Assembly: GCA_030704615.1 (NCBI GenBank)
Contig: CM060731.1
Coordinates: forward strand, 10,106,001 to 10,170,000
Direction: 5' to 3'
DNA: 64,000 nt
DNA from: Takakia lepidozioides
Taxonomy: Eukaryota > Plantae > Bryophyta
The notes under the pieces were generated by a model, which did no database searches, had not been told where the DNA came from, and saw nothing but the letters and a program-made list of their open reading frames with translations. The position numbers were made by a program, and so were the translations under genes. Every line of letters starts with the position of its first letter. Position 1 is the first letter of the stretch. This document shows, in pieces, positions 12,601 through 27,300 of the stretch.

Positions 12601-13788
12601 TGTGGGCAACCTGAAGACAATATCCACTTTCTGATTCATTGTGCTGGGTACTCTCACCAGAGAGACACCCTCTTCAAATCCATCAAGGGAATTGTTCCTG
12701 TACCTCTGTTTACCAACTTTGAAAAACTCGAGGCTGAGCCAAAAGCCCAGGCCCTTTTGGGGTCTAGTTATTGGGCAAATCACACACAGCAGATTAATGT
12801 TTGTGTGAAGGGATTTTGAGAGGATATCTGGAAAACTCGGATCAATTGTATGTTTCAAGGTAAGTCATACTACCGACGTCAGCCCCTGACAAAGGTAGTT
12901 TTCTGTCCCACTCAAACTGGGCATGGGGTCAATGGCCACAAGGCTGGCAAACAACGTCTTATGAGTACACACTCTCTCTCACACACACGTCCTGGTTACT
13001 CTCACCAGAGAGGCACCCTCTCTTCAAATCTATCAAGGGATTTGTTCCTGTACCTCTGTTGACCTCTTGATAGAACGGCATCGGAGGGGTCCTTGTTTAG
13101 ACACATAACCCGCTGTCCGGGTTTCATGGCTACGAAGCCTTGAAAACCTCGAGGCTGAGCCAAAAGCCCAGGCCCTTTTGGGGTCTAGTTATCGGACAAA
13201 TCACACACAGCAGATTGGTGTTTGTGTGAAGGGATTTCTAGAGGATATCTGCAAAACTCAGATCAATGGTCTGTTTGGAGGTAAGTCATACTACCGGCGT
13301 CGGCCCCTGACAAAGGTAGTTTCTGTCCCTTTGTGTTCTGCATAAACTGGGCGTGGGGTCAATGGCCACATGGCTACAGCAAACGTCTTATGAGTACATT
13401 CTCTCACACACGGACACACATGAATGGACAGTGTGGTGTTTTAAATTGGCCAATGACGCTTGTGCAGTTGCAGGCCTATGACGTGGAGAAAGTGCGAGAG
13501 AAATTTGATAGTTATGGAGATGGGGGGGTGTGCATGGACCTGCTGGTGGATCTCGATAAAGCTCAACTTGTGGAGAGGGAGGTGATTGTGACTTGCAGGG
13601 GCCGTGCTTCTCTGACTCATGTGGTAGGGTACCTCCATGTTTTTAGCACCCTTCAGGCATGGGCCAGAAGGAATTCATGGCTCTATTTTTTGCGTTGGCT
13701 TCTGGCCTTGGCTAGTGAATACAAGGTTTTTAATAGGGGGTGGGATTTGAGTAAGAATATGCCGAAATCATCAGTACAAAGCACCTGA
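9603..13788 (+). CDS. IMPACT/YigZ (UPF0029) family protein with N-terminal transit-like extension (exons 9603-9971, 10497-10538, 10919-11034, 11168-11273, 11476-11529, 13468-13788; start could be 9630, last-exon end uncertain)
   Basis: Motifs [65 protein letters not shown], joined across GT-AG introns in frame. A possible donor at 13623/13624 could shorten the last exon. Confidence 0.88.
11948..12484 (+). mobile_element. LINE family A (RTE-X-like), 5'-truncated copy in IMPACT intron 5
   Basis: Encodes ORF2 C-terminus ([15 protein letters not shown]...[15 protein letters not shown]...HKATANVVL*) with an internal deletion. Ends CTTATGAGTACA followed by TTCTCTC. Confidence 0.9.
12485..12980 (+). 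mobile_element. LINE family A, second head-to-tail copy
   Basis: Starts directly after the previous tail. Contains the Cys/His knuckle [19 protein letters not shown]. Ends CTTATGAGTACA followed by a CTCTCTCTC tail. Confidence 0.9.
12989..13405 (+). mobile_element. LINE family A, third tandem copy (interrupted at ~13042-13140)
   Basis: 12989-13041 and 13141-13405 are colinear with the ORF2 3' end. Ends CTTATGAGTACATTCTCTC. Confidence 0.85.
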
Positions 13789-15334
13789 ATGCTGCAGGCA
13801 GATCTTGCTGAATTTATGTGCCCTTGGTAACAGTTAGAACACACAGGAATTTGACCTTACCGTGTTTTATACAGTTGTTGCTCACAGAAGTGCTTACGCA
13901 ACTTTGACGACATTCTGCAGGACAGCGGAGCCATATTGCAGGAACCATGACAGGAGTCACTTACTGACATCTCGATGACAATGCACGACCACTAAGCTAT
14001 CTAGCTTCACAAGGTTCTCTGGGGTGTTAATCTACCTAGGAGCACAGTGCTTTGACAAAAGGCATAGTGGGAAGTGCACATTGAATTGTACTGCATAACT
14101 TTCTGGAGGGCACCTTAGGGGATGCCAAATAGTGGGCTCATCCAGTCAATTTTTGTGTGCGTCCTTTCTGCCACTGGTAGAGCGGTCATGCTAGTCTACT
14201 TAGGGAAGGTTTATGTAACATAACTCACTGGCAAACTTAGTATCACCCCAACTTCCCATGCCTCCACAATGAAGAAGGCTTCTTCTGAGACTGAACAGGA
14301 GAGTGATGCCTATGCTTCTACTCACAAGACTCTCCTACATGTGTACTTGGATGTGCTGTGGTCTTAAAATTGGTGCAACTACCGATGAGATCCCGGCTCA
14401 ATTCTTGGACTCTAGCCTGTTCTATAAAAGAACAATGAGCATGTGACTTGTTTGATATTACAATGAGTGGAAAAGAATTTGCCGTTGCAAAAGTAGAAAC
14501 ATGTGCTCCTGGTTGACGGTTGAGGTTAACCCCCAAACGCCTAAGCGGCCATCCGATGTCCTCATGGTTTCACTTCAACACAAAGTTCTCGATAGATCCT
14601 CGACGGAGTCCAAAGCTGCAATATGCGGGCATCTGCAGGAAGATCTGCACTACCAGAGTGTCTACTGCGATGCAAACGCTATGTGGCAGGTGAGAGAGAT
14701 GAAGACAGGAAGGGCAAAGTGGATTGGGTTTCTTGCATGGAATGGGGTGTCCCATTGTATAAGCCTTAAGAAACAATGGTAGATACATCCATCCAAATGC
14801 TAGTACGCAGAGGAGAAATGGTGTTGGGAACGCTAGGGGAAAGGTTGGCACTAAAATACAAAGAGAAAATGAGCACTTGGGATTACGCTCTTACCGGTGT
14901 TGGTGGTGAAGGTGAGGGGGAATAGCGGAGCAACGATCGCCACAGTTGATCTGCGGAGGTTCATATTCATGGTACCTAGAGCAATCCTGAGCTTCCTGCT
15001 GACATTTAATGGAATCAAGCAGGGGGGCTGCTCAATATCACGATCCATTTCCCTCTTCACCCTTGTGTGGCATCCGGGAAGCTGTAATGACAGTCTCATC
15101 ACGAATCTCTTAAATCTGACGCCTGTGTGTATGAACATATAGCTGTCTTGCTTCGCAGAATCTGACCACGAGGGATGGTCTTGGACTCGGCTTCACTGAT
15201 TAGACGGAGTGTGGGAACCTCATTAAATTTTTTCGAACAAGGGGTAGCCACACCCCTCACTGTAACGCTTTGACAGAGGTAGCCAATGAGTTGAAGCAGG
15301 GATTTTTAGCCTTAGCTTTTGATCACTCATTGCA

Positions 15335-18300
15335 ATGAAACTTCGGAAGAGGGATTACGAGAGCGAGGAGCTGGTAGGAGCACTCCAAAGGCAACCCACA
15401 AAAATCCACCCATTGAGCAATCAGACGGAAAATGGAGACAGGAGTTTGATCAGCCGGATCAGCGAAGAGAAAGGGTTAAATGGAGAGAAGATGGGCAATA
15501 AGGTTTCGGATCCACGCATTTCCCCATCGATCCAAGTAAGCATTGTAACGTGGGCCCTTAAACCCTATCAATTGACGTGATTCTCGGCAGTTCATAAACA
15601 GACAGTTTGATCCTATAGTAGTTTGATATCTGACTGAGAATCTGTCTATCGACCTTCGGATTCCGGAACCCAATTCCGTAGCGAAATTGTCAGCATGTCT
15701 CTTGACTCGCAAAAATGTGAGTGTATATTTCCCCCAGGGGGAAGTGAATTTGAACTGGTTGTGTTTAATTGTTAGAGACCTGTACTCATTGCTTGGAGTT
15801 GCAATTAGTGCTCCTGCACAGCCAACGACAGACTGACCTCAGCGTTAGTGTCGAAGGGGCGCCATGGAGACTGTTCTTTTATGCATGATGGCAGTGCTTT
15901 ATCCAATTAGTTCGGGTTTTCCTGATCTCCTCTGGAAAGCCCTTCACACAAGCATCAACTTGCTGTGTGTGAACTTCCCAGCAATTAGACCCCAACAGGG
16001 CCAGGGCTTTAGGCTTAGCCTCAAGATTTTGACAGTTGGAGGACAGAGGTGTAGGGACAACGTTCTTGATTCTCCTGAAGAGGGTCACTCTCTGGTGAGA
16101 ATATCCCAGACAATGTATCAGTAAAATGGAGATTGTCTTCAGGCTGCCCGCTCATCGGGCAATGACAATCTCCTCTTCCTCTCTGCATCTGTTTATTGTT
16201 CAAAAGTAGGCCTCCTGCCCCGAGTTTGAATTTCAGTCTAGTACCAAGGGAAGGTAGGCCCGTCAGGTCATCCTTAAGGTCGGCCATGTCACAGACTGGA
16301 AACAAGTTCAGGGAAGTTTTTATGCCTAACTTCATTCTCATTGGTCAGTCGTCAAGCGTCCCATATAGCAGGGGCAATTCTTCTGGGCTAACATTCAGAT
16401 ATTTGAAAATCTCTTCTACCCTTTTCCGCCAGGATATAACCTGTTTAACAGATGGTGTTACTTCCAAGAAATAGAGTTGATTATCCTAGGGTATCTGTTA
16501 TTTTTTGACTTGCAATTCAACTGACCCCACCATCTGACCTTGAACTCATCATGTCAAGAGCTTAAGGGAGGTATTCCAAACTCGTCCCGAATAGCCACGT
16601 TAGCTGTTCTATATGCTGACATGCTCTCTTTGAGCACCGCAACCTGAATGTATTCTAGAGGCTTAGCATGGTTGGAGTTATCTATCCACACAGGAGATGA
16701 GTATTCCAAGGCAGGCCTGACAATGTTGCAGAGCATGGTTCACTATTAATCCCTCTGCAATGGAAAATTTAATGAGACCCAAAGCTTGCGTTTAGCTGGA
16801 CTTTCGTTCTTTTTCCCTAACCTCAATAATCTGGCTTAGGTTGGAGATCTGGGGTCTAGAGGTTTTTCTATGAGGGTCAGGCGGGTCTTGGAGAAATAGG
16901 GACTGTGTCGACCACATCTCCCTTGAGACGGGTGCTTATTATCCTACAAAATAGCTTGCCAACTGCGCTAAGAGTGTGATGCCATGATAGTTACCAGGCT
17001 CTTCTCTGTCACCTTTCTTTTGCAGATTAACAATGACACCTGCTCTCCAACAAAAGGAATCATGGTTAAAGAGGAGGGCAGATGTTATATAGCTTCCATA
17101 ATCTCAGAAGAACTGGTGGGCGGTTGTATCTCTTTGTGGTAAGATAGGGAGAGAGAGTGAGATAGAGAGAGGCAAAGGGACACAAGGATGGACACTTGTC
17201 TGAGAAGTTGAGATGGTTGTTCCTGCAAAGCCGTGTAATAAAGAGTAATTCTTACACTGCATGCCTGGGAAACAGAAGGTGAATGGAGGACTCCAAATGA
17301 AAGAGATGGCCTTTGATGATCCATTAAGGGGGTTATCCCTCCAGACCGCCGCTGTATCAACAGATGACGCACTGACGCCCAAAGCAAGAGGTTCACGGCG
17401 GGTGATAAAGGGGGGATCTGATGAGCTTGCGGATTCAGTGGCCTCTGAATGGTCGTCATACAAGGCCTCTATCATGCAGCGATTTGCCTCCACTGGCACC
17501 ATCACTGTCTCTACTGTGGGTTACTCTCCTTTACTTGCCCTTAAACCTAATGCATCCGTGCTGTTAGGAGAGGATGCTTTCTTGGGGTTGGTGGGGATAA
17601 GGGTAGGCATCTGTTTCAGCAGTGCACCATTAGGGCCTCTCATTGTGTGTACTCATACTTGGAAGGAGTAATTCTGTGACAAAGGTAAATTGCTTTCTCT
17701 CTCATCCTTGTCTCCCATGTGTGTTAGTTAGGTGGGCTCCTTTCCTGTGCTGGAATGGAATTAAACTTAGTAAGTGCCCCATGAAAACTCTTGTACTGGG
17801 TTATGAAGTGTATGATGGTTCTGGAAGTTGCAAATGGAAATCCTACAGCTCACTGTGGCTTGAAGATCGCATGACTGGTTCCAGGATTGGTAGAACACCA
17901 TGGGATTATGTTTTCCGGGATACGTCATAGTCAAGATTTGCAGCAGCGGTATCGTGGTGTGACTTTGTGCTATGTTGGAGTAGTACAAATACAGGAGAGA
18001 TAAACAATTTGTCTGAAGTCCATCTCCCTAGTCCAAATTCATATGCAGATCTTGACTTGATTGTGATGCAGACCTTCGACATCATTTCAAAGGAGCCCAA
18101 AGGTCTGCTTCTTTTATCCTCACAAGATGTTGTCCTTTGTCTAAGGTTGTGCTGTTTTTCCTGCTTCACACTGTTGGTTGGTAAGCGAGCGGTGAAGAGA
18201 TTAGTACTGTAATTGGGCAAGGTGAATGGGTCAGGAGTGTATGAGGTACAAGCCCTACTGGAGACACCTGCCAGGGAATAGTCACTCACTGAGCTTTAAT

Positions 18301-21300
18301 ATAAGGCAATCATCAGGTTAATGTTAAGACTAGCAGATACAACATCACTGGCATGATCGTTCTCCACCAGTTTCAACGTGTGCTGGCGAGGGCTATTAGT
18401 AGGACTTTAAGATAAGCAAATGCAACATCACTGGTATGGTGGTTCTCAAGAATGGCGGGATTCGTCATACGACATGGACTATCTATGAAGAATCTGCCAC
18501 AAGATGTCATCCAGGACAGAAACAGGTGGATTAGAGAGGATCTATGACAGATGCCTGTGTTATGGGCATTGAACCAGTGAGCCAGCTCAAACCAAATCAA
18601 CATTTTCCATAGACAGTTTCATAGTTACCAGAAATAACCATATCATTATGCCTTTCTACCTCTGCACTAAGCACTTCACATGTCTCACATCTTCTGAATC
18701 AAGACAGGCGGATGGAGTCAAACACTTGTGTAGCTAGGTTTGTCCAAGTGGAGAAAGAACACCATTCGGTTTCTGCTGTAGATACTGGGACATCGATACT
18801 ATGTCTTTCCAGAGACGATTATCGTTTGCAGAATGCCTTCTGCTTGTTGTGCCTACATTAGGTTCTCTATCTCCAAGGAACATCTGTATTTTGATGAATT
18901 TTGCTGCTCTTATAGTTCTAATGTCCTTCTGGGCATCCACTAATTTCTTTTCTGCTTGTACTTCTCGTTCTTCTTTTTCTTCTTCTTCTCTCTTGTTTTC
19001 GCAGTTCCCCCACTGTGCTTCCAGTGGATGTAATATATGTTCAAGATTGTGCTTCTTGGCATCCCTCTAAATAATCCAGCTTGTCCTCCAGTTCAATGTA
19101 TCCCTTTCTCTCAATTCTGTATTTTGTTGGTGTAGGACAGAAGAAATCAGTCACAGCTGCCCATTTAGAGGAGCTGGAGGATCCAAACAAAGAGGCCCGT
19201 GAAGAAGTAAAAATTATTTCACAGCAAGAATATGTGACTCGCCTGCGTGAATTGAATGATGAGATTGCCCATGCCTGGATTAACAATGAGCGTGTTGCAG
19301 CCCTGAGGCTGACCATCAAGGTTAGCCATTATTCTACCCTGAATTTCCTGCAGAAAGGATATCTTCTTGACTAACTAGTTTTTTTCTTGTAGGTGCTCCT
19401 CGTGGAGTAAATCTCACATCCAACCATCTGAAAGATGATATTTAAAGTAATGATTTAGGACTTTTGTCCGAAAATTGCTTGGGTATGGAAGTGTGGCTCT
19501 CAGAGGGGTGCATTTAAAGTTGAAAATAAACCTGTATCCTTGTTTAGTAGTGGCTCTTTCGTACTTTTGAAGCTGCTTGTGGACGTAGAGAGGTTGGTAA
19601 GACAAAGAAGGAAGGAGTAGGGGGGGATAGCTGAAAATCTGTATGGGAGCCCTTTAGGGTGTAGCATCTTTCTTTCTTTCTGCGGACATTATAAAGTTCC
19701 ATTTCATTTCATCTTTCTTTTAAAAGAGTATTGCTCAAGTGGGAATCAAGGTTAGCCATACTAATTGATATTTTCCCTTCTACTAATGCGTTGGCAGGTG
19801 GCCAGGCTCCTGATGGATACATCAGTCCCACAATTCTATCCTACTCTCTTTGTGCTGGTAACAGATGTCATGGACACAGTCGGGAACTTGGTGTGGAATC
19901 GAATCAAGAAGAAAGCAGAGATTGATGATGCTGGCAATTTGATAGCCACATTACCAGGTATTGCATGCCTACATAGATCAACAGGTGTCAGGGTTGAAAA
20001 GACATGTTTGGCTGTGTTCGCTGTAACCTTGTGATACACCTGGGCACCTGTTACATCCACACTGAGTTGTGATGGACTGAATAGAACCAATCGGCAAGTC
20101 TTAGGTGCACAATGCAGCGAGTCACTGTTCAGGTTCTAAGCTGCAACTATTTGTACAGCTCCTATCAAGGAAAGAGGTTCATGGAAGCACTACTGCTACC
20201 AGGATGATCATGGTGCTTGGTCAGAGACCTTGTGATGATCTCTTTGCCCAGCAGATCCTTCTTCATGTAGTTTCTTTCCTGTCTTCTTGTTAAATGCGAA
20301 ATAGTTCAGCTAAAGATGACCCCAGTTTGAACTAAGCTTAGCATCAATTACTCAATATATTTGTTCTCATACTATCCACCTACCTGAATTGGAAGGAAGC
20401 AAATAACTTCATAAACAGACACAGAGGGAAGTGAGAGAAACCTCTGGTGTTCACAAAGATGATAGGTTGGGTGGTTTGTTGGAGTTCATACTTCTTCCTT
20501 TTTGGTTTCTCTCCAGTGAATTTCACAGAAAGTGATGTCCGGCAAGAGGCGAAGGACACGTGCAACAACTGGTTCTACAAAATAGGATGCATTCGGGAGC
20601 TTCTTCCCCGCATGTAAGTTTGCCAGTTGAATTGTGTCTTCAGCAGCAAGTTTACTGTTTTGAAAATGCTCTTGTGGGCTTCTCAGAATGTCAAACTTAC
20701 ACTTAATTTTGATTAAAACTTCCAGGACTGGAACTGCTGCTGGCTGGTCTTGCCTGACCTGGCCTCTTTATTCCTTTGTTTTGTGTACTTTACCTTCATT
20801 ATCATGGGCTTCCTTTTGCTCCATGCAAAGTGGGTGGCCTGAAAGCTACGGCCAGCACATGACGTTGGGGAAGGCTGTAAATTAGCATGATGTAAGTGGT
20901 CCTTGGAACTTGGTCATTGGTACAGCTATTTGGAGATTGCAATTTTGCGATGTGTGCATTTTTTGGAGAGGGACCCACCTGTTGCCTCATTTCAACGGTT
21001 AACAATGATGATGCGTGGCTTGTCGGATCCCTTGGCTTCTGCATACGCCCACCTCTATCTTGCTCGCCGTGGTCAAGCTCTTTTGCCCGTAGATACAGGT
21101 ACCAGCTTTAGCCCTCTTAGCCGAAGCTGCCCTATCACATGGTGATGGAAATTGTCCATAAATTGTCCATAGATACAACTTTCGTAGTTGTCATGATCCG
21201 CCAGGTCACACTTCTTAATCCTTTTCCAATTTTCATGGAAGTACGTTTTCTTCCCTGCCTCTTCCCTCTCTGTGGGTGTCTACTCAGGCCCGTCTGATGC

Positions 21301-24300
21301 GTTGAAAAGTTATGGGGCACTTATGAGCTTTTTGCAGTTACCAGTTCCAGCTGCAATTCCTCAAAGCCACCGAGGTTTTCTCTCCCTTCCCTGTATAATA
21401 TACACCAATTCCAACAGTCTGTTGTCACTGGGAAGAGACAGAGGCATCACTTTCATGAGGGCTCGATGAATTTTGGTCTATACTTTATTGATTGGTATCT
21501 TTTTCATGGTTGGATCTCTTCTAAATGCACTTATATCCTACGGTATCAACTCATAATAGATGTTTGTGGACATCTCCATAACGAGTTTGTTAGCAAAGGA
21601 TTGCTATGACTACTCACCTGAGGATTTGTCTCCATGGTGATCAATAGGCCATTCCTTATTGGGACCAAATAGAGATTCTCCCCTATAACTAGATTGGACA
21701 GCTCTAGGGTCTCATCCTTGTCCACTTGCTTTGTAATTGGAAACTTGGCTATTGGGAGATTCCAGTGAGAACTTTTTCTGTGATTGTTTTGTCTTGTTGT
21801 GTTCTTCCAGGTTACTTGATCAATGGTCTCAATGATTACCTGGTACTCTTCCGGCGGGTTCTTTCCGGCGAGTTTGACAAGCACATCAGCAATTCTGGGG
21901 TTGATCGCCGACTTTATGTCACATTGGTTGAGCCAGTTATTGAGTGGATGATGCTATGCATTTTTAAGCATGCAAATCAGGTTTTCTACCTCTCTCTCTC
22001 TGGGCGAATTGATGCTTGTGTGAAGGGCTTTCTAGAGGATATCTGGAAAACCCGAACTAATTGTCTTTATCAAGGTAAGTCGCACTACCGGAGTGAACCC
22101 CTCACAAGGGAGTGTCTGTTCCCTTTCGTTCCGCCTAAACTGGGTGCGGGGTCTATCGCCACAAGGCTATGTCAAACAACGTCTTATGAGTACATTCTCT
22201 GGGCTCCCTCTGGGCTACGGCAAATAACGTCCCATGAGTACGTTTTCTCTCTGGGCTCATTGTGGGCGTTTGATCAACAGAATGTACTCATGAGACGTTT
22301 TTTGCCGTAGCCTTGCCGCCATTGACAAGCTTTCATGATAGCTACTAGAGCAGAGCCACTAGAGCAAACGTCTATAAGGACGTTCGGTGTCTTTTGATTT
22401 GTTTCTTTTGGATGAAGTTAGTCTCAGAACTTCCCTGAACTTGTTTCCAGTTTGTGGTATGGGTGAGGACCTTAAGGGGATCTGAAGTGCCTACCTTCCC
22501 TCGGCACTGGACTGAAATTTAAACTCAGGGTGGGGAGTCTACCTTGAGCAACAAACAAATGCAGAGAGGAAGAGATTGTCAATACTGGATGTGCGGATAG
22601 CCTGAAGACAATATTCGTTTTTTCATACAATGTCTGGGGCACTCACGTGAGAGAGCGACCCTCTTCAGGACCATCAAGAACATAGTCCCTGGACCTCTTT
22701 TCACCAACTTTGAGAAATCTTGAGGGTGAGCCAAAGCCCTGGTCCTGTTGGGGTCTAATTGCTGAGCAGCTCACACACAGCAGATTGATGCTTGTGTGAA
22801 TGGATTTCTTGAGGAATTCTGGAAAGCCTGAACCAGTATTTTTATACAAAGGTAAGTCCCACTACCCACCCAAACCAGGCGTGGGGTCTATGGCAACAAG
22901 GCTACAGGAAACAACATCTCTTGAGCACATTCTTTTGATTGTGTCTTTTGCCATTTCTTTTTTGTTGCTTGTAGGCCCCCTGCCAACACCTTGGAAAAGG
23001 GTTTCCCGCGCATATCATGTATAACTTGTGCTCCAGCCATTGATATCGCAATTTTAAGGTGGGCATTGATGTTTTGCTTAAATGAAGAAGAGATATCCCT
23101 GTGGCGATGATGCGCAGGAGGAGTTGGCACATGTGCTCCATGCCTTTGGAGAGCGACAACCCTTTGGCCTCAAACCAGGAGCTGCTAATGCTGTTCAAGA
23201 TGGCCTGGACCCAGTTTCAGTTGTGGTGCACTATTTGCTGAAGCAGTTACCAGCAACGTACGTGGGTAATGATGCCTTGAATCTTTCAAGGATGGTCAGA
23301 AGCTCACACGACCTTTCATTGCCTCAAGTGAGACCCCATTTTATGTCATTTTCCAGGTGCTCTTTGGATGGTGATTTACTTTTTAAATGTAGCCCTCAGT
23401 TTGTGCCACATGTTTTCGCATAGTGAAGCAATTTCTTATCAACAAGTGCAGAGGGAGAGAGGGAGAGGGAATAGGGATTGTGTGATTTCACACCACGGTC
23501 TGTTTCTTTCTTGCATGCTCACGGACTCAATTGTACTGTCCTCAGTTCTTATCAGTGTTGTGCCCTTGGCAGTATTTGAATTACAGGTTGCTAGGGATGA
23601 TGCTCTGTGAGTGCTGCCCACCAAGGGAATTACGGCTGTCTGTCCTCAATGATGTTTGGAAGGTGAGTCGATCTGGATCAGGATGTCGTATATGACATTA
23701 GAGATATTCACCCTGGTAGTGTTAATCCATGGTTTTGTAAGCTGTTTAGATACTGTGCCAATCTGCTGATGTGCAGTAATATCTGGCTTCTACATAATGT
23801 TATCCGTCCGATCGAAAGGTTTTACTGGCCATAAGAAGTACAGATTGAGATGGCCAGGAGTAGTTTGTCCAACAACGTTTGAAAATTGAAGTGAAGATCT
23901 GAGATTAAGCAGGTATCCATCACATTTGACTGATTTAGCTGACCAAGACCAAGTACATGCAAATTTCAAACTTTGCTTTCTGAAAATTTAATCCGTTACC
24001 CAGAAAGCGAAACTGGATCCATGGTGCACTGATACTCTACTCTACATTGTGTTCATTGTCATCTCCCTCCAGTCCCACCCCTCCTTCATTTCCTGCTTTC
24101 TCCTCATATTGCCTAGGGTCCTCTGCTTACATGATTATGGCAAGTCATATGATTCCATCTCTCCCGTAAAACATGTCGCAATTGTGCTGCAGGTGGTCAT
24201 GAAGTACACAGATCTGGTAGAATATTTGACAGTGGCTGATGTGTTCCTTGACTACGTACTTCAAAGTTGCTCAGTAAGTGGTCTTGCAAGGCTTATTTCT

Positions 24301-27300
24301 GTTGAATTGCCAGAAGCCATAGCAGTCACTGACTTCTGAAGACTGGGTGGCGCACAGATTTCCATTAGTACCAGCTAGATTGACAAGTTCTTCATCATTT
24401 TGTAAAGTGTCTTTCCTGATTCCAAGCAAAGCAGGGCTGGTAACAGACAATGCAGGGGTAAGGATGTAGGGAGCGAGAATTTTGCAGTGGGGGAAAGAGA
24501 CAGAGAGCCTTTTTTTGTCTTCTAAAATGAGAGCTGACTGTGTCATCAAAGACAGGAAATGGAGTTGAATATAATGCTGAGGGACATTCTCAAGCACTTG
24601 CGCAAGGGTGTTGTCAACGACACAGTGCTTGCATTGCTGGAATCAATAGTGTTCAAGCTGATTACGCACTATACGGATCTTACGCAAGTTCTGAACCTGG
24701 TCAGGATCTTTTCCTAAATGGTGTTCAGTTCAGCAGAATGGGCTACAAGATTTCCCCCTAATTTATAAAATCCTTTTGTCATCAAAGATAGCTTGCATAT
24801 ATTTAGGGTCACCTTCCTCACTGTGACGACATTATAATTACACCTTCCGTGAATCATACTCTAAATCAAGTGAAAGGAATAATAGAGACCTCTTTACCTT
24901 CTCGGCCAGTAGATGCTACTTTTAAGACCAATATGGGCCAGTCAGCCTGATACTCAGTGGGTAGGGCACTGTTTGTAGATGATTTATTGACTACGCCTTT
25001 TAAGGGTGTGTCATAGCCCGGCAACAATCAAAGATACAGCTTCTCTCCCTCTCCCTAAGTTTAACCCAGGCTTGTCCTTTCGCAGTCACACATTGTGGAA
25101 ATTTTGGATATGTTTTGTGGGGACACTCGCCTTTCTGTCTACAAGCGCATTTTGTCCTCTGTCTCCAGGCAAGTTTTTCTGTCTCATATGGTTCTTTAGT
25201 CAATGCTTAGTCTTCCAGCTGACATGTTTTGATGCAGCTCTGGTTAACAGAGTGGCAGGTGCATGGATCTGGAAGTGGTGACAAATCAGAGGGAAAAAGT
25301 TTGAAAAGTTGATACAAGATGTAGGAGATTGAAAGAAGGCTTTTGAATGATCACACTCTGTATGAACTTAAATTCATGCACAGTCTAATGAGTATGTTTT
25401 CGTCCAGGAGCAACCAGAGAGTTCGAGACCCAGTGACCCGGCACTTTCTCTTTGAGCAAGCCCAGGTGCTACATGATTCACTAGATAGCTTGAGCAGTGA
25501 TGATGACCGCCGTCAAATTACACGCGTCATTGCTCGATTCGTGCAGCTGGTATGGCGTCAAAAAGTGTGTTGCAGTGATGTAATAAAAAAGCAAGAACCG
25601 AAAGAGCAGAAGTGTAGCAAACAACAACTAACGAATGGGCAGGAGGGCCTAAGGGCCCGATTGAAACATCATAAATCAAGAGAAATGAAATGAAATGGTG
25701 CTTCATAAATCAAGAGAGAGAGAGAGTATACTCAGAAGACGTTGTTTGCCATAGCTGAGAGAGACAGAGAGAAGTACTCATAAGATGTTGTTTGCCATAC
25801 CCTTCTGGCCGTTGACCCCGGAGCGGAACACAAAGGGACAAAAACTACCTTTGTCAGGGGCTGACGCCGGTAGTATGACTTACCTTGAAACAGACAACTG
25901 ATCCGAGTTCTCCAGATATCCTCTAGAAATCCCTTCACACAAACATCAATCTGCTGTGTGTGATCCTGCCCAATAACTAGATCCCAAAAGGGCTTGGACG
26001 TTAGGCCCAGCTTCGAGCTTCTCAAAGTTGGTAAACACAGGTACAGGAACAATTCCCTTGATGGACTTGAAGAGGGTGTCTCCTTGGTGAGAGTACCCAG
26101 GTCAATGAATCAGAAAGTGGATAATGTCTTCAGTTTGCCCACACAATGGGCATTCTGCAATCCCTGTTTCCTCTCTGCGCCTGTTTGCTGTTCGAAGGTA
26201 GGCTTCCTGCCCTGAGTTTGAATGCATCATTTTCGTCAGACTATTTCCTGGCAACAGACATGGCTTTGGAAACTTCAGCCTCTAAGTCAGGTTTATCCAG
26301 CAGGGTCATGGTTTGCGGATTTAGATTCAGATCCTTGAAAATCTCTTCTACCCTCTTCCGCTAGGACTTAGCCTGTTTGACAGGGCGCTCCTGCTTCGAA
26401 GATATATTGTCGACTAATCTAGGACATCTGGTATTAGTCATATGTTGCAGCTGACCCCACCATTTGACCTTGAATTCATCATGTTGGGTGCTTAAGGGAG
26501 GAATTCCAAACTCACCCCGAACAGCGACATTAGCTGTTTTGGAGCATGCTGACATGCACTCTTTGAGCACCCCCACCTGAATGGATTCTAGAGACTTGGC
26601 CTGGTTGGAGTTATCAACCCACACAGCAGATGCTAGGCTTAATAAAGTGGCAAAGCATGGTTTTTTCTACTTCAGAGTTGATCCCTCTGCAGTGGAAAAA
26701 TTAGTGAGACCCAGCACTTTGCACTTGTCAGATTGAATCACTTTCTGTATGTGCGCTTCCCAATTACAGTTGGACGAAAACTCAATGCCAAGGTATGTGT
26801 AGGAAGGGAGGACGGGAATCTCTTGGCTTCCCCACTGCCACTTGAGGTCACCTCCTCCCTCCCCACGCCACCACTGCGCATTTACTGACATTAACCTCTA
26901 GCCCCAAAGGTCAAAGTATCTCTTCTTGCAATCAATCAACTCCTGAAGATTGGATGGAGTCTCCCTATGCCTGCGAAGTCATCCGCGAACACAACGGCTG
27001 GTATGGTTGCATCACCCACCCTTAACCCAAATCCCTCACTTTCCATCGAGAAGTTGATTGATGAAAACATCGAAGAGCAGTGGGGAGAGGGTACATCCTT
27101 GAGCTCTTAAGAGAGAGAGATGTACTCATAAGACGCTGTTTGCCGTAGCCTTGAGGCCATTGACCCCTCGCTCAGTTTGAGCGGAACACAAAGGGACAGA
27201 AACTACCTTTGTCAGGGGCTGACACCGCTAGTATGACTTACCTTGGAACATACAATTGATCCAAATTTTCCACATATCCTCTATCCCGTACACAAGCATC

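Noticed and set aside
13800-15300. Short ORFs and isolated splice-like signals between IMPACT and VPS35L
   Set aside because: No recognisable domain or consistent exon chain on either strand.
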